Notes: a model not told the origin generated them from the sequence alone. DNA of 64,000 bases from Candidatus Latescibacterota bacterium (GCA_965203805.1 OZ241917.1:1920001-1984000); one strand, 5' to 3'; positions 8,442 to 18,696 are shown, counted from the first letter of the stretch. Numbers and translations are program-made.

Positions 8442-9600
8442 TTACGGGTTCCATCGGTCCGCCGGATCCTCCCACAATTCCCGAAAGTCATTCATTCCGA
8501 GGGGTACCAGTTCACACGACGAAACCGATGGCTGTAAGCAGTTACACCCCGTCCTACCAACCGTTACGTTTTGGACTGTTCCTCGTGCAGGATTTCCTGC
8601 AGCCTGCGGTAGAGTGAAATTCTCCGTTCAGCGTCAAGGGTACGGCGTTATCGATCAAGAATCCGGTCCGCATCTTCATTCTCGAAACACGGATAATTCC
8701 TGCTGTCTTTGACCTGCGACGAATGCCAGCTTGCCCTCAGATCGAGGGGAACGGCGGAAAGGCTTCCTCCACCTGTAAATAACGCCTCGAACTCCTGCGT
8801 TCGCAGCCGATGCAGGTAAACGGAATATTCGATTTCTCGTACCTTGCAATCAACTCCCACATCCGCCAGTTCGTCCTGCAACACTACGCCGATGTACTTG
8901 CTGACTTGAGAACCGACCGGTACCAGGAATTCGAACCTGAATACGGTTTTGACGCCGTCCACAGCCCGATCCAGAACGCCGTCGCCGTAGGTATCGAACG
9001 AGCCAGCCGCCTGGAGCAATTCTGCGGCCCGATCGCGGTCGTATTCGAGAGATTCCAAGCCGGCGTGAAATTCCGGACAGGACAAATGAATGGGCCCGTC
9101 GATGTTAGCGCCAAGTCAATGGATCAGATCTCGAATAATGCTCTTGCGCGGCGTCAGATGAGCCATCGATCGGCGGACCCGTTTATCGCGAAATATCGGT
9201 TGGGCAATGTTCCATGCGATGTAATTGATACCGCTTGCGTATCGGATGACCTTGAAGCTGAACAAGATGTCCGCCGGGGTCACCGACCTGCCATCCGAAA
9301 AACGGGCGTCTTCGCGAATGTCGAACGTATTCGAAAGCTTGTCAGCGGACGCCACGGAATAAACGGCCGCCAGTTTTCCCTTGAATTGGTATGGCGGCAT
9401 GTTCTCCATTAATATCAAATTCTCGAACATGTGCTCTAGGATTCTGTGTGAACCATAGTCCATATTTCCATACGGATTGAGCGTTGCCGGCTCCGAACAA
9501 CGCGTGGAGAACCAGCTAGTCTCCATAAACAGGGCTTTCATTCCCTTCGTGCCTCGCCAGCACCTTCTCGGTCCCGTCGAGCACCATCAACCCATGATTC
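8442..9600 (-). pseudogene. Decayed ABC transporter family-5 (peptide/nickel) solute-binding protein
   Basis: Fragments GD*LVLHAL/SEPATLNPY, F.DGRSVTPADILFSF, YIAWN..PIFRDKRVRRSM, FDTYGDGVLDR, QDELADVGVD and RRTLDAERRISLYRRLQEILHEEQ are split by stops and frameshifts, and the central region is deleted. The 5' boundary is approximate. Confidence 0.8.
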
Positions 9601-9768
9601 TTCGCCAGAATCTTCTCTACTCTCTTCTATATTCACCGGCACCAGCCTCTACACCGAAGAAGCTGGGAAATGCGTCAGAGCGAACAAGACCGTACTTGTA
9701 ATTGGTGTATTCAATGGATCCACCGATGATTGACAAGTTCAATCACTTTTGATCGCATGCTGCCAATT

Positions 9769-10776
9769 TCATCTAAACTGTAGTATTAACTCGCTCAAAT
9801 CCGCGATTTCGGTCTGTCGTAACCTCGTAGCATAGTCACGTAGAGCTGCAAGGAACCGGCGTTGGCGATCATCCAAGTGCAATTCCCGATATCGCATAAT
9901 GTGATCCCGAACGAATCCCAGGTCTCGGATAGTCTCTTCCACCAGCATTCGATTGGCTACGATCCAGGTGCGTTTCAATAGTGCCCGTAACACTTTGGTC
10001 GGGTCGTGTGGCGCTTCGGCCATTTCCGGCGATATTACATCCAAAGGGACTTCCCAATAGATTTTCTGCATTATGATTCGATGATATTCAAGGTGCTTGT
10101 CGTTCAAATGCGTTGTTTCGAACCGATCCTTTTCGCAACCCCGTAAGCCATCGTGTTTACGTACTCTTACCAACGGCTGGCGTAAAACGCCTGCCTTATA
10201 TCCAGCACGCGCGAGCCGGATCCACATATCGTAGTCCTGAGCGCGAATCAGCCTTTCATCGTAGATTCCCACCCGATCATAACACGCTTTGCGAACGACA
10301 ACTGAAACACCGCTGATGAAATTTCCGCTCAGGAGTTGACCCAGCATTTCTGCTTCCGGATGTGCGGTAGCCTCTACCGTCTCGATCACGTTGTCCGCGT
10401 CGTTTCCTTCAAAAAACGCGTATCCGCTATAGACGAACCCGACCTCGGGCTGCAATTCGAAAACCGATATGTGCGACTCTACCAGTTCAGGCAGCGCGAC
10501 GTCATCATCGTCAAAGACCCAGACATAGTTACCGGAGACGTGTTTGAGTCCTAGATTCAAGGCAGACGATTTGCCCCCGTTCGACTTTTCAGAGTACGAT
10601 ATTCGACCGAGAAATGGCTCCAACTTCGTCTTCGTTTCATCCGTCGACCCGTCATTGACTACGATTACCTCGAGATTTCGATACGTCTGTGCCAAAACGC
10701 TTTCGAGCGACTCAACCAGATAGTTCGCCCTGTTGTAAGTTGGAATGATGACGGAAACCAAGTCTTGATGGCTCAT
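9769..10776 (-). CDS. Glycosyltransferase family 2 (GT-A)
   Basis: VSVIIPTYNR, VVNDGSTD, FDDDD (DxD) and QDYDMWIRL motifs, plus a helical C-terminal extension. Confidence 0.92.
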   Translation of the reverse strand: MSHQDLVSVIIPTYNRANYLVESLESVLAQTYRNLEVIVVNDGSTDETKTKLEPFLGRISYSEKSNGGKSSALNLGLKHVSGNYVWVFDDDDVALPELVESHISVFELQPEVGFVYSGYAFFEGNDADNVIETVEATAHPEAEMLGQLLSGNFISGVSVVVRKACYDRVGIYDERLIRAQDYDMWIRLARAGYKAGVLRQPLVRVRKHDGLRGCEKDRFETTHLNDKHLEYHRIIMQKIYWEVPLDVISPEMAEAPHDPTKVLRALLKRTWIVANRMLVEETIRDLGFVRDHIMRYRELHLDDRQRRFLAALRDYATRLRQTEIADLSELILQFR

Positions 10777-10786
10777 GGTCAACACG

Positions 10787-10814
10787 AAAAACGCCCCCGG
10801 CGATACCGGAGGCG
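10787..10814 (-). terminator. Intrinsic terminator-like hairpin immediately upstream of the GT2 start
   Basis: Minus strand CGCCTCCGG-TATCG-CCGGGGGCG-TTTTT. Confidence 0.5.
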
Positions 10815-11473
10815 CGTTTGGAAAATGGACCTTGTGCGAAGTGCAGGCAAACGGTCGGTTCGGCTTACAAACTCCTCGGGAGATGACAATGCAAAGTCAG
10901 CATGGAAAGAATACCGCGAGCCGTCCAGCCTTTTCTCTGCAGCCCAGAACTCCTGTGTTTTCGATCTCTCGTTACAAGCATCGGGAATCGCACCCGTGCC
11001 AAAACCCTGATTAAACATAACGTCTACGTATGCTACTTACCCTTTATTTTGTAACCGCTGGCGTCCCTCAGGGAGCGTCTCCTTCACACCAACTCGATAC
11101 GTATCCGCCAGTCTGTGATTGAAAGCCTGCGGCTCAGTTTGCTCAATTTGATGGCACCGTGGGAACCAAGTCCGGCAGAATATAGGCCGTAAGGTTCGAA
11201 CTGTCAAGTACAGGTTAGGGAATATATGGCAGCGCCGGTTATTCAACAGAACCCGAGCGTTCCTGGGATTCTGACGGAAGACGACAACGGTCCGCTTTCG
11301 CAAGAAAACGGGCCGGGCGGAGCAGTTCATTTATCTAAGGCGAGGAATAACTAGACTGGATGCCGAATGGATGTGAGGTGCAGAATTGCACTGCATTGTA
11401 TGGGAAAGGCGTCCCACCCTTGGATCTCGCGGCCGGTATGCAATCAACCACGGTCGTCCGTCCTGACCCAGGT

Positions 11474-12110
11474 CTAGGGCACCCGGAGTATCCATCTTGT
11501 GATCATGCGCGGCGACTCGAGCGCCGGATCAAGTATGACATGACCCTTGGTGAGACTCTCCCGGCAGGATTCGACCTGCAGCGCGCCATCGCGGTGACGT
11601 TCGGCAAGAAAACCGATCCACTTGAACACTGAGGGGTTTCCGAGACGTGCGGCATAGCTGAGAAGCGCGTCTTCGTCGCGGTTATTGCAGGAAAGGTACG
11701 CCGACAATCAGTCGACAACGTGCTGGATTTCTCCGCCCAGGACCGGATCATCCAGAATGTCGGCCATCTTGCGTTGGATGTTGGAGACGACGAACCCGCC
11801 TTTGCCGCACCAGATTGCCCTGGTCTCGAAAATCCTGCCTTCGTCGATATGTTTCAGACTGAACCGTTTGCCGTGGAGTCACGGGGATTTCTTGCGACAC
11901 CAGGGAAACAATGTCGTTGAAAGTCTGCTCGGTAAGGTCCCAGTGCTCCACGGCACAGCGCTCTCAGACATAGGCCGGATCGAAAAAGCAGAGTGCAAGA
12001 ATCCAAGGATAACAAAGTCCTAATATTCACCCCTTGGTCACCAGCAAATATACCCAGTCTTCTCTCCTGAACACGTTAGTCCCTTTCTGTAAAGATATCG
12101 TCCCGCCAAC
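11474..12110 (-). pseudogene. Frameshifted type IV toxin-antitoxin AbiEi-family antitoxin
   Basis: Fragments in different frames: PWILALCFFDPAYV*..EHWDLTEQTFNDIV; VVSNIQRKMADILDDPVLGGEIQHV; YAARLGNPSVFKWIGFLAE..LTKGHVILDPAL..ITRWILRVP. These match AbiEi antitoxin motifs. No intact AbiEii toxin follows; the 5' boundary is approximate. Confidence 0.75.
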
Positions 12111-12274
12111 CTGAGTTCTCGGATTTGTATGCACCACGGATTCTCAATGTTTAACAGCAGCCGAATCTGAAAGACTCAATAATGCGCAGACGACTTACCG
12201 AAGAAACGCATCCGCCGCCCGCGCACCATAGATTATGCATCCTGTCTCCATGGTGTACGATTGATTTCAGATAA

Positions 12275-13495
12275 TCAATAAATGCCCAGGTTCTGCCAGA
12301 AAGTACCCCATGCGAACCAGAACCCGTTGTGCGACGGTAACTGCGTCAACGTCCTGCCCTCGTGCGTTCCGGCGACGCCCTCTCCCTTCAGGTTCCAGGT
12401 GGTTCCGGTCTCCTCGTCTTTCAGCAGGAACGGATACGCGGGCAGCGTCGAATTCACCCTTTCAAACGTCAGCGTGGATGTCTGACCGTTCGCGCTGATT
12501 TGCCGCGAAAAAGGAATGGCCAACTGCGCATTCCTGTAGTAGACCACCAGAACGGGATGCTGCCTCGGGCCTTCCACGATGACGTCGTTGATGACGTCTT
12601 CGGCGCGCATGGCCTCAAAGAGATAGGCCTTGACCATCTCGCCGAAGCGAATGCCCATGGCCAGATCCTTTGCGCTCAACAGGTCTGACGTGGCTGTGTT
12701 CATATTCGGAAATATGATATACGAGTGCGATGTCCGATAATCCTGGGCGCCTGATATATACGGGTACTGCGTGTATTGGCTGATGGGGTAGCGTGTGCCG
12801 TTTCCGTCGATCACCCTTGTATCGGGGTGGATCCGCTTCCAGTATTCCCAGGTGCATTCGGTCACCGGCAGCAACGCCAGCTCCTCGCCCTGACGCGAAC
12901 CCAGTATCCCTTTATATATCATCTGTGGGTAAAGGGTCCGCTCATTTCCCTGGTCCCGCCTGTCGTACATAATCAGGTTGTTATTAAACAGAAGGCCGGA
13001 CACGCCGACTTGGATCCGCTCGCCATTTGCGGCGACGCCGTTGAAGACCATCCCGGTACCGGTCAGGGGACAGAGCGTTACGATCACGCTCTCGTCGCCC
13101 GCCGTATCGTTGATGATCTCGTGCCACCAGCCGATGTTGTGGGGGTAGGCCCTCGGCTCTCCGTCAATTACAATCCCCATCACGATATCGTCGTCCCGAA
13201 GATACCCTGCGCCAGCGTGGCCGGGTCCGACGAAATCCGGATCGGTTAGTGCGGGAATACAATCGGCGCCGGAGCAGCCGATGGCGATCTCGTCTATCGG
13301 AAACGACGCCACGTCCAGGAAATTGCCGCCGGCTCGAGGGGCGCGCGCATGCTCGCTGCGGCCATCCGGTGAAGGCGACCCGCCCGGTGTCGTACCCGGC
13401 CCGCCGCCGGTGGGACCGGTCGGGTCTCCGCCGCCGTTTCCGCACGCGGCGAATGCAAGAGCGACGATCACGGGCAGCGAAAAGAGTCGATTCAT
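12275..13495 (-). CDS. DUF3179 domain lipoprotein
   Basis: Lipobox LAFAAC, Gly/Pro linker, DCIPALTDP, RAYP..WWHEIIND, TLCPLTGTG, GVSGLLFNNNLIMYDR and FWFAW motifs. Confidence 0.85.
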   Translation of the reverse strand: MNRLFSLPVIVALAFAACGNGGGDPTGPTGGGPGTTPGGSPSPDGRSEHARAPRAGGNFLDVASFPIDEIAIGCSGADCIPALTDPDFVGPGHAGAGYLRDDDIVMGIVIDGEPRAYPHNIGWWHEIINDTAGDESVIVTLCPLTGTGMVFNGVAANGERIQVGVSGLLFNNNLIMYDRRDQGNERTLYPQMIYKGILGSRQGEELALLPVTECTWEYWKRIHPDTRVIDGNGTRYPISQYTQYPYISGAQDYRTSHSYIIFPNMNTATSDLLSAKDLAMGIRFGEMVKAYLFEAMRAEDVINDVIVEGPRQHPVLVVYYRNAQLAIPFSRQISANGQTSTLTFERVNSTLPAYPFLLKDEETGTTWNLKGEGVAGTHEGRTLTQLPSHNGFWFAWGTFWQNLGIY

Positions 13496-13620
13496 TCCGG
13501 GCCTCCGTCGGGTCGCGTAAAGGACTCAAGTGTCGAGGGCGAACTGAGAAGATTCAGATTGCAGAAAATAATATACCGGGTACAGGATGAAATGCAAACA
13601 GTACAAAATTGGCGCGTTCC

Positions 13621-13649
13621 TTGACTAAAATCCAACTTCCATATATTTT
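13621..13649 (+). promoter_or_regulatory. sigma70-type promoter for the DUF6785-type gene
   Basis: TTGACT-17 nt-TATTTT in an AT-rich divergent intergenic region. Confidence 0.45.
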
Positions 13650-13714
13650 ATGCACGCCGCGGACAAACCCGTTAACCGCTGACCACTCCCTGAATCTAAC
13701 TACATTCCCGCCAG

Positions 13715-15706
13715 ATGGCACTGCCAAAACCGCAAGCGACCTCGCCTGAATCGGAAACCGGACTCCAGGACCGGGGAATCACGCTCCGTTCCGTGGGAAT
13801 GGGCGTGCTCGTTTCAGCCATGACCAGCGGCTGGATCGCGTACTCCCGCACGGCTGCGGATACATCGTCGGTCAATATCACCCACCTGCCCGTTTCCTTT
13901 CTCGGCGTCTTCCTCGTTGTCCTTACGATCAACCTGATTCTCCGCACGCGGCCCGGGTCGACCTGCCTGGTTCCTTCCGAGATGCTGGTGATCATCGCCA
14001 TGGGCCTCGTCGCCGCGATGATTCCCGCGCGCGGGCTTACCGGCATCTGGCTGGGACTGATGGCCGTCCCGTACTACCGCAGCACCCCTGAAAACGGCTG
14101 GATCGACTATATCCAGCCCCATCTCCCGGACTATCTGTTCCCGACCAACGACGGCCGGCAGACATCTCTACTCTACGAGGGCCTGCCGCCGGGCGCCGAC
14201 ATTCCCTGGAACGTCTGGTACCTCCCGCTGTTCTGGTGGCTCACGCTCATTCTGGCGGGATTCACCGTTTGCGCATGCATCGCGGCGATCCTTCGAAAAC
14301 AGTGGGTTGAATACGAACGCCTGGACTATCCCCTCCTGTCACCGATTCTGGAAACCATCGACGACGTCCGCGACCCTTCGGGAAGGAACAAGTGGCCGGA
14401 CTATTTCAAGGGCCGCCTCTTCTGGATCGGATTCGGGATCGCCTTCGGCATCATCGGCTGGAACATGATCTCGTATTTCCAGCCCACGTGGCCGCGCATC
14501 AGCATGAGCCCGAACAAGGGCCTGTTCTACTTCGCACGGGTCTTTCCGCCCCTGCTCACCCACATCAATACGTACACGATCGGCTTCGGGTATTTCGTGA
14601 AGCTGGAAATCCTCTTCTCCATCTGGTTCTTCCACTTCCTGCTGATGTCCGAGATCGCCCTGATCAGAAAAACCGGCTTTCAGTTCGGCCGGATGCACAA
14701 GTCCGGCGGCGGATGGGGCGATCCGCTCGTGCAGTGGCAGTGCCTGGGCGCGCTCTTCGTCTTTGTCGCGTGGGGGTTCTGGGCCGCGCGGCACCATCTC
14801 AGAGACGTGATCCGCAAGGCATTCTTCAACGAACCAGGCGTGGATGATTCCAACGAAATCCTCTCGTACCGCACGGCGGTCATCGGGTTTATCGCGGGCA
14901 ACCTCTACATTGTCGCATGGCTGCACCAGGCCGGTATCGAACTCGCCTTGATGGCCATCACCGTTCCGGCGTCGATCATCATCTACATCGCGCTGGCGAG
15001 ATTCGTGTGCGAGTCCGGCACCCTGTACCTGGGCCTGCCCACCAGCCCCCTGGACATGGGCTATCAGATCCTGGGCACCGAGACCATTTCCGCAAGGGTC
15101 CTGACCGCATCGGCCACGTCGCATGCGCTCCGGTGGATGTATTTCATGCCGGCGCTTTCCCAGGGAGTCAAGGCCATCGACCGAGCGCGAGGCAACCGGC
15201 GCATGTTGTTCTGGGCCGTGCTGGGCGGACTCCTTACCGCGTTGGCCGTGAACATCTGGATGGTGCTCTATCTCGGATACAAATACGGGGCATTCAACTT
15301 CACGGAGTATCCTTTCACGAGATACGCGCCCCGCCTTTACGATGCCGTCGTGTCGAACATAAAATCGCCGGAACCGGCCTCGTGGGAACGACTCGTGCTG
15401 TTCGGATTCGGCGGACTCATCATGGCCGCGCTCACGCTTTTGCGATACCGTCTGCCCTGGTGGCCGCTGCACCCCGTGGGATTCATCGTCACAACGACCA
15501 GCCTGCTGCACGAAATCACCGCCATCCTCATCGTCTGGCTCTTCAAGGCCATCGTCATGCGCGTTGGAGGCGTGGGGCTGTATCGCTATTTCCTTCCCCT
15601 CTTCTTCGGAATCATCGTCGGAAGGGCCACGGGCGTCCTGGTCTCCTTTCTGGTGGACCTGATCTGGTTTCCCGGAGGGGGCCACCACGTCCATGGATGG
15701 GCGTAG
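13715..15706 (+). CDS. Polytopic membrane protein, DUF6785/DUF6784-like (putative transporter)
   Basis: Many TM helices; GITLRS, ILRKQWVEYERLDYPL, WWPLHPVGF and PLFFGIIVG motifs. Confidence 0.8.
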   Translation: MALPKPQATSPESETGLQDRGITLRSVGMGVLVSAMTSGWIAYSRTAADTSSVNITHLPVSFLGVFLVVLTINLILRTRPGSTCLVPSEMLVIIAMGLVAAMIPARGLTGIWLGLMAVPYYRSTPENGWIDYIQPHLPDYLFPTNDGRQTSLLYEGLPPGADIPWNVWYLPLFWWLTLILAGFTVCACIAAILRKQWVEYERLDYPLLSPILETIDDVRDPSGRNKWPDYFKGRLFWIGFGIAFGIIGWNMISYFQPTWPRISMSPNKGLFYFARVFPPLLTHINTYTIGFGYFVKLEILFSIWFFHFLLMSEIALIRKTGFQFGRMHKSGGGWGDPLVQWQCLGALFVFVAWGFWAARHHLRDVIRKAFFNEPGVDDSNEILSYRTAVIGFIAGNLYIVAWLHQAGIELALMAITVPASIIIYIALARFVCESGTLYLGLPTSPLDMGYQILGTETISARVLTASATSHALRWMYFMPALSQGVKAIDRARGNRRMLFWAVLGGLLTALAVNIWMVLYLGYKYGAFNFTEYPFTRYAPRLYDAVVSNIKSPEPASWERLVLFGFGGLIMAALTLLRYRLPWWPLHPVGFIVTTTSLLHEITAILIVWLFKAIVMRVGGVGLYRYFLPLFFGIIVGRATGVLVSFLVDLIWFPGGGHHVHGWA

Positions 15707-15807
15707 GGCGACTTGCCGTTTTGCAAGCCCTTCCTTGACAGGCCTCCTCGTTTCCGCGTTATTTTTCTTTTAATCCATGCCGGGTATTCTCCCTGGAGGA
15801 TCTGCCT

Positions 15808-17580
15808 ATGAATAAGCGCGTCTTGTTTTTTCTCATGGCTTCCGTCGTGTTGGCTTCTTCCGCCGCCGCGCAAGAAGACCCGGTCCTTACGAGTTTCCCT
15901 CACGAAGTCACCCCTCTTGACGAAATGGGCGGGCTGCCCGGCGCCGCGATGTTCGACTACGACAACGACGGCGACCTGGACATCTACGTTGCAAACGGTC
16001 ATGGCTATCGTAATTACCTGCTGAAAAACGACGGGTCCGGCAATTTCACCGACGTCTCCAGGGAGGCGGGTGTGGACATCACTGTAGAAACCCACGGCGT
16101 TGGCAGTGCCGATATCGACAATGACGGCGACGCGGATCTCTTCGCGGCCACCGACGGACGGAATTATCTCTTTCTCAACAACGGCGACGGGACGTTTGCC
16201 GACATCACGGAATCGGCGGGCATCGTCTCGCGGTACTTCTCATCCACAGTCGCCTTCGCCGATATCGACAATGACGGGTACGTGGACATCTACGTAGGCG
16301 GCGCGGGCGGCGAGGATGGTGTAGAAATAAACAGAAGAGTAGGCACGGGCGAACTCTATCTCAATAACGGCGATCGCACGTTCAGGGACATTACGGACGA
16401 GACCGGCACGGAATCGACCTACACGTGGTCGGTCCGCTTCTGCGACTATGACGACGACGGCGATCCGGACCTGTTCACCGCGAACGATCAGGGCATTGCG
16501 CTGGCGGGGGAATGGTCGCCCATCCGATTATATCGGAACGAGGGCAATCTGACGTTTACCGACGTCACCAGAGAAGCGGGCCTGGGCATCACGGGTAGCT
16601 GGATGGGGCTCGCGTTCGGAGACTACGACCTGGACGGCGACTTCGACTTTTTCGCCACGAACGTGGGCGGCTCCTTCGTGGACAAGAAGGGTCACCAGGA
16701 ATACGATCTGCATGGGTTCTTCCGCAACGACGGGGGTGTATTCAGAAATATCGCCGAGGAACTGGAAGTTGCGCCGGATGTCACACTGGCGATGCTGGAA
16801 TTCGGATGGGGCACGGTCTTTACGGATTTCGACAACGACGGCGACCTGGATCTGTACTACGTGGGCAATTACGACATGCTCCAGGCATATAACAACCCGG
16901 GGCACCTTTTGATCAACGACGGGGCCGGTGCGTTCAGGGATTCCACGGCTCGCTACGGTCTGAGGACGATTGACGGAACCGGCACGCCCTCCATCGCGGT
17001 GGGCGTGGCGACCGGCGACGTGAACGACGACGGCCACGTGGACATTTTCGTCGCCAATGCCGGCACGGATTTCCGAACGGGCTATCCGATGCTGTTTACG
17101 GAAAAATTCGACGACAACAACTGGATTCGCCTCAAACTCGAAGGCACCGAAAGCAACCGGTCTGCCATCGGCGCCAGGATCCGGCTTACGGCCGGCGGGA
17201 AGACCCAGATCCGCGACGTGGCGAGCGGAGGCAGCAGTTTCTCTCAGAACAGCCTGTGGCCCACGTTCGGCATCGGCGAGAGCAAGGTGATCGACGCCAT
17301 CGAAATCCGCTGGCCCAGCGGGATCGTCCAGATATTCGAGGACATCGAGCCCAACCAGACGCTGGAGATCCGGGAACAGCGTCCGCCTCCCGTCGTAGTC
17401 TACGCCAACCCTCGGGCCGACTTCAACGGCGACGGCAACGTCGACTTCAGCGATTTCATCGCCATCGCCAGTGCATTCAATACGGATGATTCAACCTACG
17501 ATCTGAACGGCAACGGCGTGGTTGACTTCAGCGATTTCATCGAATTCGCGAAGTCTTTCGGGCGTCCTCTGCCTCCTTAA
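15808..17580 (+). CDS. CRTAC1-family protein (FG-GAP/VCBS repeats + ASPIC/UnbV) with C-terminal dockerin/EF-hand-like domain
   Basis: Signal peptide; repeated DxDNDGDxD motifs; SNRSAIGARI..FGIG..IRWPSG (ASPIC); ADFNGDGNVDFSDF / DLNGNGVVDFSDF pair. Confidence 0.9.
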   Translation: MNKRVLFFLMASVVLASSAAAQEDPVLTSFPHEVTPLDEMGGLPGAAMFDYDNDGDLDIYVANGHGYRNYLLKNDGSGNFTDVSREAGVDITVETHGVGSADIDNDGDADLFAATDGRNYLFLNNGDGTFADITESAGIVSRYFSSTVAFADIDNDGYVDIYVGGAGGEDGVEINRRVGTGELYLNNGDRTFRDITDETGTESTYTWSVRFCDYDDDGDPDLFTANDQGIALAGEWSPIRLYRNEGNLTFTDVTREAGLGITGSWMGLAFGDYDLDGDFDFFATNVGGSFVDKKGHQEYDLHGFFRNDGGVFRNIAEELEVAPDVTLAMLEFGWGTVFTDFDNDGDLDLYYVGNYDMLQAYNNPGHLLINDGAGAFRDSTARYGLRTIDGTGTPSIAVGVATGDVNDDGHVDIFVANAGTDFRTGYPMLFTEKFDDNNWIRLKLEGTESNRSAIGARIRLTAGGKTQIRDVASGGSSFSQNSLWPTFGIGESKVIDAIEIRWPSGIVQIFEDIEPNQTLEIREQRPPPVVVYANPRADFNGDGNVDFSDFIAIASAFNTDDSTYDLNGNGVVDFSDFIEFAKSFGRPLPP

Positions 17581-17670
17581 CAGCCCGTTGATAAAGTCCA
17601 TCCGGGCTGGTAAAAGAACCCGGCAGGTGTTCCGCCGGGCCTCACCTGTCGTCTCCGCGCCGTCCGCGTT

Positions 17671-18600
17671 TCACGGTTCCTCAACCACGATGAAGCCCAG
17701 TGAATCCACGGACGCGGATCCGAAGAGTCCGATCCCTCCCTCCACGTGGAAGAGCGGACGCCTGAAATTCTCGCCCGCCAGTCCGCCGAACCAGCTCTCC
17801 TGCGCGCCGGGTCCCGAGCGCGCGTAGTCGTACCAGTTCCGGTCCACCGCGTAGATCCGCATCAGGTGACGCCCGGTGAAGTAGATCGCGAACCACGGCA
17901 GCCTGACGCTTCCTTCGGTCGATTCGATCGCCGGCGAACTTCCCGTGCGGTCCGGGGTTTCTTCAGATAATTCCCTGTCAACCTCTTCGGCGTCCCCGTC
18001 CAGACTCACGATACCGACCTGATAGCCCGGTACGTCGATCGGGTCGAACCTGGCCTCGAGAAACCCTGTCTTGTAAACCACCCTGTTTTCAGGTGCACGA
18101 TAGACGCCGTCCGCCGCTTCGGCAAACGTCTTCAGTCTCTGCAGCACCTGCTCGGTCTCCTGATTCAGAACGACGCCCTCACGCAAACGAAAGCGCCTGG
18201 GAGTGATCGTCGTGGCCCGCGCCGTCGTGTCTCTTGCGGTAACCACCATGACGTACCGCGTCTCGGGGGCGACGACAGGGGGATCGGGCGGCGGCGAATA
18301 CTGAAACGGACTTGCATCCGGGTCCCGGACATACCGGAAGACGCGGTCGCCCTGCCGTATTTCCACGACGGCGTCCGGCGCCATGGCGTGCCTCGGGCTG
18401 TCGCGGTCGCCTGTCGTAACCGTCTGCGTCACGAAGACCGGGGGAAGCGGCCGCCCCACGATCAGCAGTCCGTCCAGCACGAGTTCACCCCCGGCATCCG
18501 GGCCGAACAACGATTCGGGCGTCCGTTCGGCCTGACACGCCGCCATCTGCAGGATGAAAACAACAGCCAGGAGTCTTCGGGCTGTAATCCGTGAACTCAT
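17671..18600 (-). CDS. DUF4249-like lipoprotein partnered with a TonB-dependent receptor
   Basis: Lipobox MAAC; C-terminal AVDRNWYDY..HVEGGIGLFGS; directly downstream of the TonB receptor. Start moved to ATG 18600. Confidence 0.7.
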   Translation of the reverse strand: MSSRITARRLLAVVFILQMAACQAERTPESLFGPDAGGELVLDGLLIVGRPLPPVFVTQTVTTGDRDSPRHAMAPDAVVEIRQGDRVFRYVRDPDASPFQYSPPPDPPVVAPETRYVMVVTARDTTARATTITPRRFRLREGVVLNQETEQVLQRLKTFAEAADGVYRAPENRVVYKTGFLEARFDPIDVPGYQVGIVSLDGDAEEVDRELSEETPDRTGSSPAIESTEGSVRLPWFAIYFTGRHLMRIYAVDRNWYDYARSGPGAQESWFGGLAGENFRRPLFHVEGGIGLFGSASVDSLGFIVVEEP

Positions 18601-18696
18601 CGCAAGGATGTCCCGTTCCGGCAGTTCGCGCCGCAATGAGGAAGCGGCGATTTGCGCGCCGATAGTGAGTCCGGCGACCCCGATTCCATTCGGCCG

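Noticed and set aside
11255-11320. glnA- or ZTP-riboswitch-like words (CGTT..GACGGAAG..AACG) and a GCAA-capped hairpin
   Set aside because: The E-loop/P3 of glnA and the 3' pseudoknot of ZTP are missing, and no suitable downstream gene lies on that strand.
10779-11330. Short minus-strand ORFs (79 aa, 97 aa) between GT2 and the AbiEi relic
   Set aside because: No recognisable motifs or RBS; probably degraded island DNA.
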